In this document: piece after piece, positions 1 to 9,437 of the stretch
Layout: the number at the start of each line of letters is the position of its first letter
How positions within the stretch are numbered: the stretch's first letter is position 1
Source of the DNA: Methanomassiliicoccales archaeon
GTDB lineage: Archaea; Thermoplasmatota; Thermoplasmata; Methanomassiliicoccales; UBA472
Assembly: GCA_036504055.1 (NCBI GenBank)
Contig: DASXVU010000004.1
Coordinates: 28,202 to 92,201 of the forward strand
Direction of reading: 5' to 3'
DNA length: 64,000 nt
Translations under genes and position numbers: made by a program
The notes under the pieces: model-generated
What the model saw: the letters and a program-made list of their open reading frames with translations, nothing else
Database searches by the model: none
Told to the model about the DNA's origin: nothing

Positions 1-479
1 TGGCGGTGCAGCTTGCCAAGCATTTCGGGGCGGAAGTGACCGGGGTATGCAGTACGACGAACCTAGAATTGGTGAGGTCCATCGGTGCCGATGAGGTCAT
101 CGACTACACCGAGAGTGACTTCACCAAGACCGGTGAGACCTTCGACATCATCTTTGACGTCGTGGCAAACAGCTCTTTTTCGCGATGCAAAGGCTCTCTG
201 AGAGAAGGGGGCATCTACCTGACCACCTTCCCCTCACCGTCCGTCATGCTACGCAGGTTGGTGCCTTCGGGCGCCGATCGCAAGAAAGCGAAATTCATGG
301 CCACCGGTTTGCGGTCCGCCAGCGAGAAGGCCGTCGACCTTCTCTTCCTCAAAGGGCTTTGTGAGGCGGGAAAGATCCGGCCGGTCATCGATAGAACCTA
401 CGGTCTCGACCAGATCGCCGAGGCCCACCGCTACGTGGAAAAGGGCCACAAGAAGGGAAATGTGGTCATTCAACTATGA
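1..479 (+). CDS. Zn-dependent alcohol dehydrogenase / NADPH:quinone oxidoreductase family (MDR superfamily), C-terminal part; the 5' end lies outside the window
   Basis: The frame of ORF 6..479 is open to the window edge. [26 protein letters not shown] (nucleotide-binding half) and C-terminal [34 protein letters not shown] fit the quinone-reductase-like MDR pattern. Confidence 0.75.
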   Translation, partial: AVQLAKHFGAEVTGVCSTTNLELVRSIGADEVIDYTESDFTKTGETFDIIFDVVANSSFSRCKGSLREGGIYLTTFPSPSVMLRRLVPSGADRKKAKFMATGLRSASEKAVDLLFLKGLCEAGKIRPVIDRTYGLDQIAEAHRYVEKGHKKGNVVIQL

Positions 480-524
480 GAACGATCGGCAGGACCTCGC
501 CTGATCGCTCATCCCTGTTGGCCG

Positions 525-2012
525 TCATGCGTGCCGGACGTTCGTGTACCCGGAGATCTCCGAGTTGGTCGTCGCCAGGTCCTCTACGCTCAGTTTGTGC
601 ACGTCGTCATTGCCGGTCATCCTGGCGAAGTCCTTCAGTTCCTCGTTCGAGACCCGCAGGAAGTGCTCGACCTTCCGGGCGGATATGTCGACGATCAGCC
701 TGGCGCGCAGGTTCGGGTCCTGGGTGGTCACGCCCACCGGACAGCGACCGGTGTCGCATATCCGGTATTGCTGGCAGCCCACCGCCATGATGGCCGCGGT
801 GCCTATGGCGACGGCGTCTGCCCCCATGGCCAGCGCCTTGGCGAAGTCCGATGAGACCCGCAGGCCGCCGGTTATGACCAGGGAGACATGGTCCGCCCCC
901 TCCTGGTCCAGGAATTTCCTGGCCCGGTACAACGCCAGCGGCGTCGGTACGGACGCGGAGTCCTTGACGAACTTGGGAGCGGCCCCGGTCGAACCCGGCC
1001 TGCCGTCCATCGTGATGAAGTCCGGTTCTGCGTACAGCGCCACCGCCAGGTCATCCTCGATGCGGCCAGCCGCCATCTTTATGCCCACCGGCCGGCCGCC
1101 GGAGACGTCCTTCAGCATGTCCACGACCTTCTTCAGACCGACCCGGTCCCTGATCTCCGGAAAGCTCGACGGACTGATGATGTCCACTCCTTCCGGCTTG
1201 CCCCTGATCTCCGCGATCTCCTTCGTCACCTTTTCCGCCGGCAGGTGCCCGCCCATGCCCGGCTTCACCGACTGGCCGATCTTGATCTCGATGGCGTGCG
1301 AGCGTTTCAGGTTCTCCTCGGTGACGCAGTACTTGTTCGGGACATATTCGAATATGTAACGGTGGGCGTTGTTGAACTCGTCGTCGATCAGCCCGCCCTC
1401 GCCGGAACCGATCGCCGTGCCGACCGCCGCGCTGCCCTTGGCCAATGCGACCTTGCACTCCCGGGACAGCGCACCGAAGGACATGTGGCTGACCATGATC
1501 GGCGTGTCGATGACCATCGGTTGCTTGGCGTTCGGACCGATGACCGTGGTGGTGCTGACCGGGTCGATATGGTTGAAAGGGATCTTTGCCAGCTGTGCTC
1601 CCAGCACCAGGATGTCGTCCCAGGAGATCACCGTTGACTTCGTCCGCATCGGTTCCAGTATGGTTTCGGCGGAGGTGGTGATCCGGTGGATATCCGCCAT
1701 TCGCGGCTCGGTCTCGTCGCTCCTGCGTGCCCAGCGGGCCAGGTAACCGCCGATCTCCTCTTCCTCCAGCATCACCTTGAGCGTGTGCACCTTGCCGCAG
1801 TGCGGACAGGTCACCATCTCCTGCAGCTGGGAAGGGGTCCTTTCCTCGACCAGTTTCAGATGGGACTTGTCGGAATCGCAGATATGGCACCTCCAGGTGT
1901 CGGGGAAGTCCTGGGGGTACGTGCCGGGCTTGATGCCGGTAGGGGAATCGCCCCTGTCCACCTCATACTCGAACACATGACAGACGTTGCAGCGGTATTT
2001 GGGCATGGTCAT
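525..2012 (-). CDS. FMN-dependent glutamate synthase-related protein (GltB domain-2 type) with an N-terminal rubredoxin-like Zn/Fe finger
   Basis: 495-aa ORF. N-terminus YRCNVCHVFEY...WRCHICDS gives two CxxC pairs. The core has GSGEGG, KIGQSVKPGMGGHLP, ITMDGRPGSTGAAP and GGLRVSSDFAKALAMGADAVAIGTAA, typical of the GltB FMN domain. The start may be the second ATG at 2006. Confidence 0.8.
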   Translation of the reverse strand: MTMPKYRCNVCHVFEYEVDRGDSPTGIKPGTYPQDFPDTWRCHICDSDKSHLKLVEERTPSQLQEMVTCPHCGKVHTLKVMLEEEEIGGYLARWARRSDETEPRMADIHRITTSAETILEPMRTKSTVISWDDILVLGAQLAKIPFNHIDPVSTTTVIGPNAKQPMVIDTPIMVSHMSFGALSRECKVALAKGSAAVGTAIGSGEGGLIDDEFNNAHRYIFEYVPNKYCVTEENLKRSHAIEIKIGQSVKPGMGGHLPAEKVTKEIAEIRGKPEGVDIISPSSFPEIRDRVGLKKVVDMLKDVSGGRPVGIKMAAGRIEDDLAVALYAEPDFITMDGRPGSTGAAPKFVKDSASVPTPLALYRARKFLDQEGADHVSLVITGGLRVSSDFAKALAMGADAVAIGTAAIMAVGCQQYRICDTGRCPVGVTTQDPNLRARLIVDISARKVEHFLRVSNEELKDFARMTGNDDVHKLSVEDLATTNSEISGYTNVRHA

Positions 2013-2653
2013 CCTTCCTTACGTCCTGGATGAGGCAGTTATCTTGAACCGCGACCGCTTATATTTTCCGATGTCAGCACAGTTCCTTATTATCATTTTG
2101 ACATTTTCATTTAGACAGATTTATATTCTGAAAATAGGAATGTTCGCCAGCTCGGAACGGATGGGAATAGGCCGTTGTGCAAATACCGTTATAAGGGCGA
2201 CCGCTGCGCCCATGGGAAGATCAATTCTGCCGCATGCGTAGGCGAGGAATCCTGCAGGCATGCCGATGTCACCAACCGCCAAACATACCGCGACGATTGC
2301 TCCAAGGAGCACTGGTATGGGCTCTACTGCGCAAAATACAGACGGTTCTTCTGCGCGGGCAAGGAGAACTGCGCCTCCGCTCAGGATTACTTCGTTTCGA
2401 TGGCAAGGTCCAACACCAGGGCAGAATGAGCTGCTAGAATTTCTGTCGGCGCACAGAGAAAGATGCCTGGACAATTGCCGGATCTCTAATTCGTATCCGA
2501 TGCCAGTGCCTATGGAACGGTCTTGCCGGGGCGACCCTCACCGTTCCAGGGACCTTGTGCGAAAGCACCAGCCTTTATTGACGCGCAGGTCGAAGGATCC
2601 AGGCCCATTCGGCTAACTATAAGAATTCTATCGAACAGGAATTTCATCGCGCT

Positions 2654-3238
2654 TTATTTCTTGAAGACCTTGATAAAGATGCTTCGTTCCGAGATCGTAC
2701 TGATGGTCTTGGCACCGTATTTCTTGAACGTACTTTCAATAAGCATCTCGTGCACCTTGGAGCCGTTAATGCCCAGGCTGTGCGATATCTTCATCGAATA
2801 GTGATCGCCTTCATCTGAGTAAATCGCGGTATCGAACCAGTATGCCATCTTGCCGAAGAATATGACCCCTTCAACGATCTCTTTCAGACTGAAATCCTTC
2901 AATGGTTTCTGGTAGAAGTACTCGAACGTCCATTCCAAAGGGGTCTGTTCATCTATATAGGCCCTGACCTTCTCTAGATTCGCGGTGGTCAATAGGATCT
3001 TCAGAGCTTCCTTGGGTAGCAGGCACATCGAATCGATCTCGGTGCCCACCCGGACAAATGCATCCTCTTCCGGGGACAGCTTGGGCACTGCTTTGGAATG
3101 ATCCTCGAGATTCTCTATCGCGAACTCCAAGGCCTTTTGTTGGGTGCCATATTTATCTGCGAGCTTCAAGAGGATCCCCCAGTGTTTAGCAGATATTGTT
3201 GTGGATATCCGATTGTTCTTCAAAGGCCGCCACCTCAA
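2654..3238 (-). CDS. Hypothetical protein with an N-terminal ribbon-helix-helix-like segment
   Basis: 194-aa ORF with a TTG start. An alternative TTG at 3223 is preceded by GAGGTGG. The N-terminus RISTTISAKHWGILLKLADKYGTQQKALEFAIENL has a strand-helix-helix pattern. The gene is visibly AT-richer than its neighbours. Confidence 0.5.
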   Translation of the reverse strand: MRWRPLKNNRISTTISAKHWGILLKLADKYGTQQKALEFAIENLEDHSKAVPKLSPEEDAFVRVGTEIDSMCLLPKEALKILLTTANLEKVRAYIDEQTPLEWTFEYFYQKPLKDFSLKEIVEGVIFFGKMAYWFDTAIYSDEGDHYSMKISHSLGINGSKVHEMLIESTFKKYGAKTISTISERSIFIKVFKK

Positions 3239-3557
3239 TATTTATAGCATATTTTTATGTATAATAAATATCTCACACGTTTGGATTTTAGACCATACGC
3301 ATGTTAACACATATCATGCATAATGAACGCATACCGTGCAGATAACAAATATGTAATTGCGTATTATATTATTCAAATGTCGGATTTAGTATTCCCATCG
3401 TAAGGGCCGCTGGCCAATTGGGTGTTAAGTCATCATCACCTGAACATCGAGTCTGGGGACCGAACAGAAGGTAAGGGTCCCTGAGGGGAATGCGACCCGA
3501 CCAATGGAATGACAGCACTTCCTAACTCTTTAGTCCGATCTCGGGAGGTAAGGAGCA

Positions 3558-4421
3558 ATGCGAACGAGACCTGAAACACGGCAGGGAGACGTTCCAGGTC
3601 ACCTGTACCCGGTGAGGCCATTACCTGTTCCGGAGAATACGCCTATCGAAGAACCTGAAGTTAACTCCAACTCGCGCATCCTTGTCCTTGCCCCCCACCT
3701 CGAGGACCCGATCATCGGATGTGGTGGCACCATGTGCAAGCTGGGAAAACGCGGAGCCCACGTTAAGGTCCTTTACATGACCGATCCCTCCTACGGGAAC
3801 GGGGACGGCCCCTCATCTGGACCGGGGCCGATGGAGAAGAAGAAGGACGCCGCAGATTCTCTCGCTTTGTTAAGATGTTATGAATCGGAATGCCTGGGAT
3901 TCCCTGGCCTGGAGATCAGTTGCGGAATACAGATCAAGCGCCTCCTGCTCCAGGTCATTGAATGCTATTCGCCGGACATCGCCTTCATCCCGTCCGTCCA
4001 TGACCTGCATCCAGACAACATGATGACCGGATTGTTGGCCGCCAGCGCGCTCATGGAGTATGACAGACGTCTCACTCTCTACTCCTATGACGTGTGGGGC
4101 GGCCTCTTTCCCAATAACCTGATCGATATCTCAGATGTCATGGAGGACAAACTGGCCGCCATCAGTTCATGTGGCTTGAGATGCGAGATGGACAACAGCA
4201 GGAATGGGTCGACGGAGGGGTGTTCCTTCCGCCTGTCATCGGTGCAGGGAGACCGGCATTACGAACCGTTCCTCAGGCAGAACCGGGAGGACTTTGTCAT
4301 CATGGCCTGGCAGTACAGAGCGTACGGTTATGTCGACGGCAAGGTGACCGTCGATACCGATCGATATGACGCACAGCTTTCGGCAAATGACCCATCGAAC
4401 TGCTATGCGAGGGATCTGTGA
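3558..4421 (+). CDS. PIG-L / LmbE family deacetylase
   Basis: GGAGGTAAGGAG lies just upstream of the ATG. Motifs VLAPHLEDPIIGCGGTM and VHDLHPDN correspond to the PHPDD...HPDH metal-site pattern of LmbE-like deacetylases. Confidence 0.7.
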   Translation: MRTRPETRQGDVPGHLYPVRPLPVPENTPIEEPEVNSNSRILVLAPHLEDPIIGCGGTMCKLGKRGAHVKVLYMTDPSYGNGDGPSSGPGPMEKKKDAADSLALLRCYESECLGFPGLEISCGIQIKRLLLQVIECYSPDIAFIPSVHDLHPDNMMTGLLAASALMEYDRRLTLYSYDVWGGLFPNNLIDISDVMEDKLAAISSCGLRCEMDNSRNGSTEGCSFRLSSVQGDRHYEPFLRQNREDFVIMAWQYRAYGYVDGKVTVDTDRYDAQLSANDPSNCYARDL

Positions 4422-5387
4422 TCAGCTCTCGAAGTACAGCTCTTTCTTGATCCGCGGCACCATGGCCGCGAGGACCGCCGACTCGGTCAGTTCCTGACGC
4501 TTCATGACCCCGTTGGTGAGGAATCCGATGGCGCCTCCCTTCCGGCCGATGCTCTCGCCCACGATCTTCTCCGCGAAAACGTCGCCCACGGTCAACCCCT
4601 TCAGAAGTTCAGATTCGATCATGGACGGATAGCGGAAACCCGGACCTGTGCCGAAGGTGTAACGACCCATCTTGTCCAGGATGGCGCAGTATTGGACGTC
4701 GTAGATCCCGTCCTCGCGGCGGAAAAGTCCGGCCTCGATCCCCACGCCGATGTCGGCGTTCTGCATGACCTGCCAGGCGCGTTCCTTCGCCCCCCGCTTG
4801 ACGTCATCCTCCCAAGGCTCGTCCGGAACGGACGTGTGGGTGACGGAGCCTTCGATCTCCAGCTCCGGGAAGAAATGGGAGAAGATGTTCCTGACCGCCT
4901 CCATCTTGACCGGGTTGACCGAGCCGACATGCACCACCAGGGGCCGGTTCAGATGCCCCTCGAGGTCCACCTCGCCGTCCAGCACCCGGGTGGAACTGAT
5001 CGGGCACCAGTCGTCCGCCAGGACATGGCCGATCTGGACGATCATTAGGCGCTTCAGTCCCCGGCGCTCCCTCTCTGCGTTGATGATGGCCACGTTGCCG
5101 ATGGTCTCCGGCGAGACCACTATGGCATCCAGGGTGCCGTCCCGGGCGGCCTCGCCCATCGATGAATCGATGATATGCACGGCATAGGGCTTGCCCTTGG
5201 TCTCGGCATAGTCGATGACCGACGAACGCCTGTCCAGCATCGGGGTCATCCGGATCTTGTGCCTGGCGGCGTACTCGTCGGACATGAGGCCGATGGCCAC
5301 CTCGTCCCCTACCTCGAAGGCCTTGTCGAGCAGGGCCCGGTGCCCCTTGTGCAGCACACTGAACGTTCCGCCGATAGCGACCTTCAT
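4422..5387 (-). CDS. Fusion protein: archaeal phosphopantetheine adenylyltransferase (cytidylyltransferase fold) plus YjjX/DUF84-type inosine/xanthosine triphosphatase
   Basis: The likely start is MKVAIGGTFSVLHKGHRALL (ATG at 5387, overlapping the upstream stop as ATGA); the tracked ORF extends to 5543. The N-terminal half has the GGTF..H.GH nucleotidyltransferase motif. The C-terminal half has VGSVNPVKMEAV...ADIGVGIEAG, as in DUF84 NTPases. Confidence 0.75.
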   Translation of the reverse strand: MKVAIGGTFSVLHKGHRALLDKAFEVGDEVAIGLMSDEYAARHKIRMTPMLDRRSSVIDYAETKGKPYAVHIIDSSMGEAARDGTLDAIVVSPETIGNVAIINAERERRGLKRLMIVQIGHVLADDWCPISSTRVLDGEVDLEGHLNRPLVVHVGSVNPVKMEAVRNIFSHFFPELEIEGSVTHTSVPDEPWEDDVKRGAKERAWQVMQNADIGVGIEAGLFRREDGIYDVQYCAILDKMGRYTFGTGPGFRYPSMIESELLKGLTVGDVFAEKIVGESIGRKGGAIGFLTNGVMKRQELTESAVLAAMVPRIKKELYFES

Positions 5388-5587
5388 TGCAATCCCACAA
5401 CGATCATCGCAATTATCAGGACCACGAAACTGACCACGTAGAGCATCATCAGCTGCTTCTTTTTCTTCTGCATGACGCCCTTGTTGGAGCTGCCACATTC
5501 CTCGGAGCAGAAGCGGTCGTCGCCCACGAATGCCTTGCCGCACTCACGGCAGTGTTTGTGTTGGGCGATCTTGTCCTTGAATTGCAT
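5384..5587 (-). CDS. Small Zn-ribbon membrane protein (DUF2116-like)
   Basis: 67 aa. HCRECGKAF...FCSEECG forms a zinc ribbon, followed by a lysine-rich linker and one hydrophobic helix. Its stop overlaps the next start, suggesting translational coupling. Confidence 0.6.
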   Translation of the reverse strand: MQFKDKIAQHKHCRECGKAFVGDDRFCSEECGSSNKGVMQKKKKQLMMLYVVSFVVLIIAMIVVGLQ

Positions 5588-5637
5588 CGGATTTGTAATG
5601 TCAGGCCCTTAAAAGAACTTTGCCAATCAAATCCCCG

Positions 5638-6255
5638 TTATGGCGATTCGGGCATGTCCCCGATACCGGTCTCGCAGCGCCGGTCCAGCTCGTTGTTCAT
5701 GATGATGATGCAGTGATCGGCGTGGTAGGAGATGGGGCCCAGGCAGATAATGCCCGGCGTATGGCGCAGCAACTGCGACTCCTCATCGCTGGTCAGGTCC
5801 GTATGGTCGCTGAGCACGAAGGTGACGTCGCCTTCGAATCTCTTGTCCCGGACGTCGTTCCCGTCCTCCTTGAGGTAGACGATGCGGGACCGCTCCGACA
5901 GTTCGTCTATGACATCGGTGAAGCCCTTGGCCGACACGTAGATCCCGGGCGAGCTCTTGACCTCCCCCTGGCCGGTCTGAAGCAGCGCGTTCCTCACCAG
6001 CGCCCCGGTGCTCCTCTCGTCCGGGTTCAGGTACTTGAGCTCGTTGCCGACCAGCCGGACGGTCCGAGGCGGGGTCGGCGGCCCCTGCAACACCAGATAC
6101 ACCTCCACGTCCCGGCGCAGCTTGTGCGACAGGAAGAATGCCGAGTTGATGCACCTCAGAAGTATGTCCAGACGACCCGCCCCGCCGGCCATGTCATCCA
6201 GCTTGAAATCACCGTTGCTGACGGCCTTGTGGCCGACGATGACGAACCGCCTCAC
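5638..6255 (-). CDS. trmY: tRNA (pseudouridine54-N1)-methyltransferase TrmY (SPOUT, DUF358)
   Basis: MRRFVIVGHKA...GGAGRLDILLRCINSAFFLSHKLRRDV...NPDERS...SYHADHCIIIMNNELD follows the archaeal TrmY pattern along its whole length. There is a 4-nt overlap with srp54. Confidence 0.8.
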   Translation of the reverse strand: MRRFVIVGHKAVSNGDFKLDDMAGGAGRLDILLRCINSAFFLSHKLRRDVEVYLVLQGPPTPPRTVRLVGNELKYLNPDERSTGALVRNALLQTGQGEVKSSPGIYVSAKGFTDVIDELSERSRIVYLKEDGNDVRDKRFEGDVTFVLSDHTDLTSDEESQLLRHTPGIICLGPISYHADHCIIIMNNELDRRCETGIGDMPESP

Positions 6256-7595
6256 TCGATACCCTCCAGACCGCCGGCGCCCGCCTGCTTCATCAGTTGC
6301 TTGCGCAGCTTGCGGTTGCCCATGAAGCCCTTGACCGCCTTCTTGGAGTTGTTGTACTGGTGGATCAGTTCGCGCACGTCCTTCGGGTCGGTGCCCGAAC
6401 CGCGCGCGATGCGGACGATGCGGTTGCCCTTGATAAGACGGGGCTCCTCCATCTCCTCCTCGGTCATCGAGTCCATGATGATGCGGTACTTCGCGAGCCG
6501 TTCCTGCGACTCCTCCACGTTGATCTTGTCGGTCATGCCGCCGCCCATGCCGGGCAGCATGCCCATGAGCTTCTTCAGCGGGCCCATGTTGGAGAGCATC
6601 TCCATCTGGTCGTACATCTCCCTCAGGGTGAACTTCCCGGACATGATCTTCTTGGTGGTCTCCTCCGCCGCCTCTTCGCTGATGTTCTCCTTAGCGGTCT
6701 CGAGAAGCGACTGCAGGTCGCCCATGCCCAGCAGACGGGAGATGAAACGGGTCGGTATGAACGGGTCCAGGTCCTCCAGGTGCTCGCCCACTCCGATGAA
6801 CACGATGGGCGCCTTCGTCCTCGCCACCGCGCTGAGCGCGCCGCCGCCCTTGGCGGTACCGTCCATCTTGGTGATGATGACCGACGTGATGCCCACCGCC
6901 TCATGGAACGCCTGGGCCTGCGGGCCGGCCTGCTGTCCCACGGATGCGTCCAGGACCAGTATCCTCTCCGTCGGCTTGGCGACGGCGGCGATGTCCTTGA
7001 TCTCCTGGATCAGGTCCGTCTCCAGGGCGTGACGTCCGGAGGTGTCGACGATGATCACATCCTGGTTGGCCAGCGCCTTCATGCCCTCGGCGACGATCTT
7101 GGATGCGTTCGTCTCCCCGGGTATGCCGAAGAAGTTGATGCCCACCTTGTCGGCGATCTGCTTCAGCTGGTCATAGGCTGCCGGACGGTACACGTCGCCG
7201 GCGATCAGCCCGACCTTCATGCCCTTCTTGTGAAAGTAACGTCCGAGCTTCCCGGAGGTGGTGGTCTTCCCCTGACCGTAGAGGCCGACCATCATGATGG
7301 TCTGCTTCTGGATCGGCAGCGTCTTCTGTTCGCCGAGGATCTTGACCAGCTCGTCGTTGATGATCCTGACCACGTGCTCGCGCGAGCTCTTTCCTGCCGG
7401 AGGCTTCTCGGTCAGCGCGCGGCGTTCGACCTCCTTGGTGATCTCCAGGACCAGCTTGACGTTGACGTCCGCCTGTAGCAGCGCCCGCTGTATGTCCTTG
7501 GTGATCTCCTTGACCAGCTTCTCGTCGATGTTGCTGGCGTTGACTATCTTCTTCAGTACGTCGCGCAGCGATTGGCCAAGGTTCTCGAGCACCAT
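6252..7595 (-). CDS. srp54: Signal recognition particle protein SRP54
   Basis: 447 aa with an N domain, a G domain (GLYGQGKTTTSGKL, DTSGRH, TKMDGTAKGGGALS) and a Met-rich M domain (LKKLMGMLPGMGGGM). Confidence 0.95.
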   Translation of the reverse strand: MVLENLGQSLRDVLKKIVNASNIDEKLVKEITKDIQRALLQADVNVKLVLEITKEVERRALTEKPPAGKSSREHVVRIINDELVKILGEQKTLPIQKQTIMMVGLYGQGKTTTSGKLGRYFHKKGMKVGLIAGDVYRPAAYDQLKQIADKVGINFFGIPGETNASKIVAEGMKALANQDVIIVDTSGRHALETDLIQEIKDIAAVAKPTERILVLDASVGQQAGPQAQAFHEAVGITSVIITKMDGTAKGGGALSAVARTKAPIVFIGVGEHLEDLDPFIPTRFISRLLGMGDLQSLLETAKENISEEAAEETTKKIMSGKFTLREMYDQMEMLSNMGPLKKLMGMLPGMGGGMTDKINVEESQERLAKYRIIMDSMTEEEMEEPRLIKGNRIVRIARGSGTDPKDVRELIHQYNNSKKAVKGFMGNRKLRKQLMKQAGAGGLEGIE

Positions 7596-7870
7596 TTCAA
7601 AGTCCTCTGCCAGCGGTAGGGTTCAAACGATAATAACCTTTTTGCGATGGCATAAAATTGTGATAGAAGGAAAAAGGTTTGGGAAGGGCTAGCCTTGTCA
7701 GAAGGGATGGGATGCACTCTGAAAACTAGCCCAGACCTTCCCACTACTACTATCTATTATAGAATATTTATAGCTTTCTTAAATTAAGGTGTATTCCGAT
7801 AATTAGAGGCACCTTATTTTCCCTTAGGTGATAGCTAAAAAATAAAGAATTGTATGAAAAGGGTTTCGGC

Positions 7871-8770
7871 CTACAGGTAGCCGGACTTCTGAAGGGTCAT
7901 CAGATCTTCGGTGCTGAGCTTCTCGCCCTTCTTGAACTTGTCAAAGATCTCTTCCGACTCCTTCATGGCGGAGGATTCGTCCTTCTTCTTCCTCGCCTTG
8001 CGGGCCTTCTGCCTCAGGCCGGTGATGATCTTATCGTAGTCGTGCACCTGACGGATGGCCTCGATGTGCCTCTTGTGCTCATCGTCCGCCTTGACCTTGG
8101 TCTCGATGAACTTCTCCTGCGATCCGTCCGCTTCCTTCCTCAGGGAGTCGGCCTTCTCGTAGAGCTGGATCATCGCATCGTGTTCCGCCTGGGCCTTCTC
8201 CGCCAGCTCCGAGACGAGCTTGTGCTGCGCCTCTGCCTGGTCCTTGGCCTCGCGGAGCTCATGGATCGCGCCCTTTACGTCGGAGTTCATCTCCAGGGAC
8301 TTCTCGCGCTCCTTGATCTGTATCGATAGGGACTTCATCAGGTCGACCAGTTCCTTCTCCTTCTCCTTGGTGAGGGAAGAGGTCATCTGCTTGAACTCGA
8401 GGGCCTTGAGGTCCTTCTTCATGCGCTGGACCGATGGTCCCTCATGAGGAATGGTGTCCTTCTTGAGCTTGGTAACGTTCTCGTTGAGCTCGTTGACCTT
8501 CTTGTTCCATTGGTCGCGGCTTTCCTTTGCAGCCTTGACCTGTTCGTTCAGTGTGTCCCTAGTCTCGCGGTGTTTGGCCGCCTCTTCTACCAGTTCACGG
8601 ACCTTTGCGTTCAGCTCGTCTCTCTTTTGAACCCATTCTTTCGTCTTTTCGTTGAGTTCATCCCGGAGCCGCCTGTGCTTCTCCGCCTCGTTGTTGTTGA
8701 GCTGACGCTTCTGGTCGAGGTCCTCTAACAGTTCGGTCATAAATCTCACTCTCAATTGTGCATTTGACAA
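7871..8770 (-). CDS. Archaeal coiled-coil protein (COG1340-like)
   Basis: 299 aa, almost entirely heptad-like and rich in K/E/L/R. The size and composition match the conserved archaeal coiled-coil family. Confidence 0.65.
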   Translation of the reverse strand: MSNAQLRVRFMTELLEDLDQKRQLNNNEAEKHRRLRDELNEKTKEWVQKRDELNAKVRELVEEAAKHRETRDTLNEQVKAAKESRDQWNKKVNELNENVTKLKKDTIPHEGPSVQRMKKDLKALEFKQMTSSLTKEKEKELVDLMKSLSIQIKEREKSLEMNSDVKGAIHELREAKDQAEAQHKLVSELAEKAQAEHDAMIQLYEKADSLRKEADGSQEKFIETKVKADDEHKRHIEAIRQVHDYDKIITGLRQKARKARKKKDESSAMKESEEIFDKFKKGEKLSTEDLMTLQKSGYL

Positions 8771-8852
8771 TTAAGGCAAGTTCGACATAATGCAGATTAT
8801 TTATAACTCTTTCGATAACCTTCGAGTTTCGTAGCCCGAGCCAGCCAGAGCA

Positions 8853-9266
8853 CTAGCGGCCGTCCCCGGGGTCGTCCTCGAGGCTATCATCCTCGTCGTC
8901 CTTTGGTAGGTCGTCCTCGATATGCTCGACATCGATGTCGTGCCAACCGTCGTTCGGGGAGTCGAGGGTACCGTCCTTCATCTGGAACTTGACCTTGAGC
9001 TTGCCTTCCTCATAGAAGACGGTGGCGCTCTTGACCATCGAAACGTAATAGTTCACCCTTTTCCCGTTCTTGGTCAGCTTGCGCTCGGTGCACACCAGCA
9101 TGCCCGCCGCCTCCAGGTCCCGGATCCTCCGATAACAGGCGGCGATCGGTATGCCGAACTGCGATGATATGTCCTGTGCGCACTTCGATATTCTCACCGT
9201 GGCGACCAGTATCTTGACCGCGTATGGGTCGGTGAGAAGCTGGGAGGCGCTCAGGAGGTCGACCAT
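8853..9266 (-). CDS. Winged-helix transcriptional regulator (ArsR/TrmB-like) with an acidic C-terminal tail
   Basis: The likely start is MVDLLSASQLLTDPYAVKIL; the tracked ORF extends to 9356. The HTH is CAQDISSQFGIPIAACYRRIRDLEAAGML, followed by a wing (KNGKRVNYY) and a D/E-rich tail. Confidence 0.6.
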   Translation of the reverse strand: MVDLLSASQLLTDPYAVKILVATVRISKCAQDISSQFGIPIAACYRRIRDLEAAGMLVCTERKLTKNGKRVNYYVSMVKSATVFYEEGKLKVKFQMKDGTLDSPNDGWHDIDVEHIEDDLPKDDEDDSLEDDPGDGR

Positions 9267-9437
9267 GTACAGCTCCCAATCGCAAGATGAGAATAAAAAG
9301 CCAGAGGGCTCCTTTTCAGGAAATAGAAATCTTGCCTTCCGGGTCGAAGGATACACATGGCCGAGGCGTTGGACCGCCTTCCAGTGCCTTGAATGACCCC
9401 AGACGGGTTCATTGTGCTCCTTCTCCTCAGGTGGCGC

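Noticed and set aside
531-2033. Several long ORFs overlapping the glutamate-synthase-like gene on the opposite strand or in other frames (for example 544-1359 +, 888-1637 +, 1051-1890 -).
   Set aside because: Their products are low-complexity and Arg/Pro/Gly/Ser-rich with no motifs. The 525-2012 minus frame has clear family motifs. These are typical shadow ORFs of GC-rich DNA.
5620-7478. A 470-aa ORF (5620-7032 +) and a 393-aa ORF (6297-7478 +) antisense to trmY and srp54.
   Set aside because: They lie antisense to two unambiguous genes. Their composition is dominated by L/R/D/H/G/V runs, and I see no recognisable domains.
7681-7743. The hairpin-like sequence GGGAAGGGCTAG...CTAGCCCAGACCTTCCC upstream of srp54, as a possible small RNA.
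   Set aside because: Only two short stems are supported, and it sits in a promoter-sized gap. There is no evidence beyond self-complementarity.
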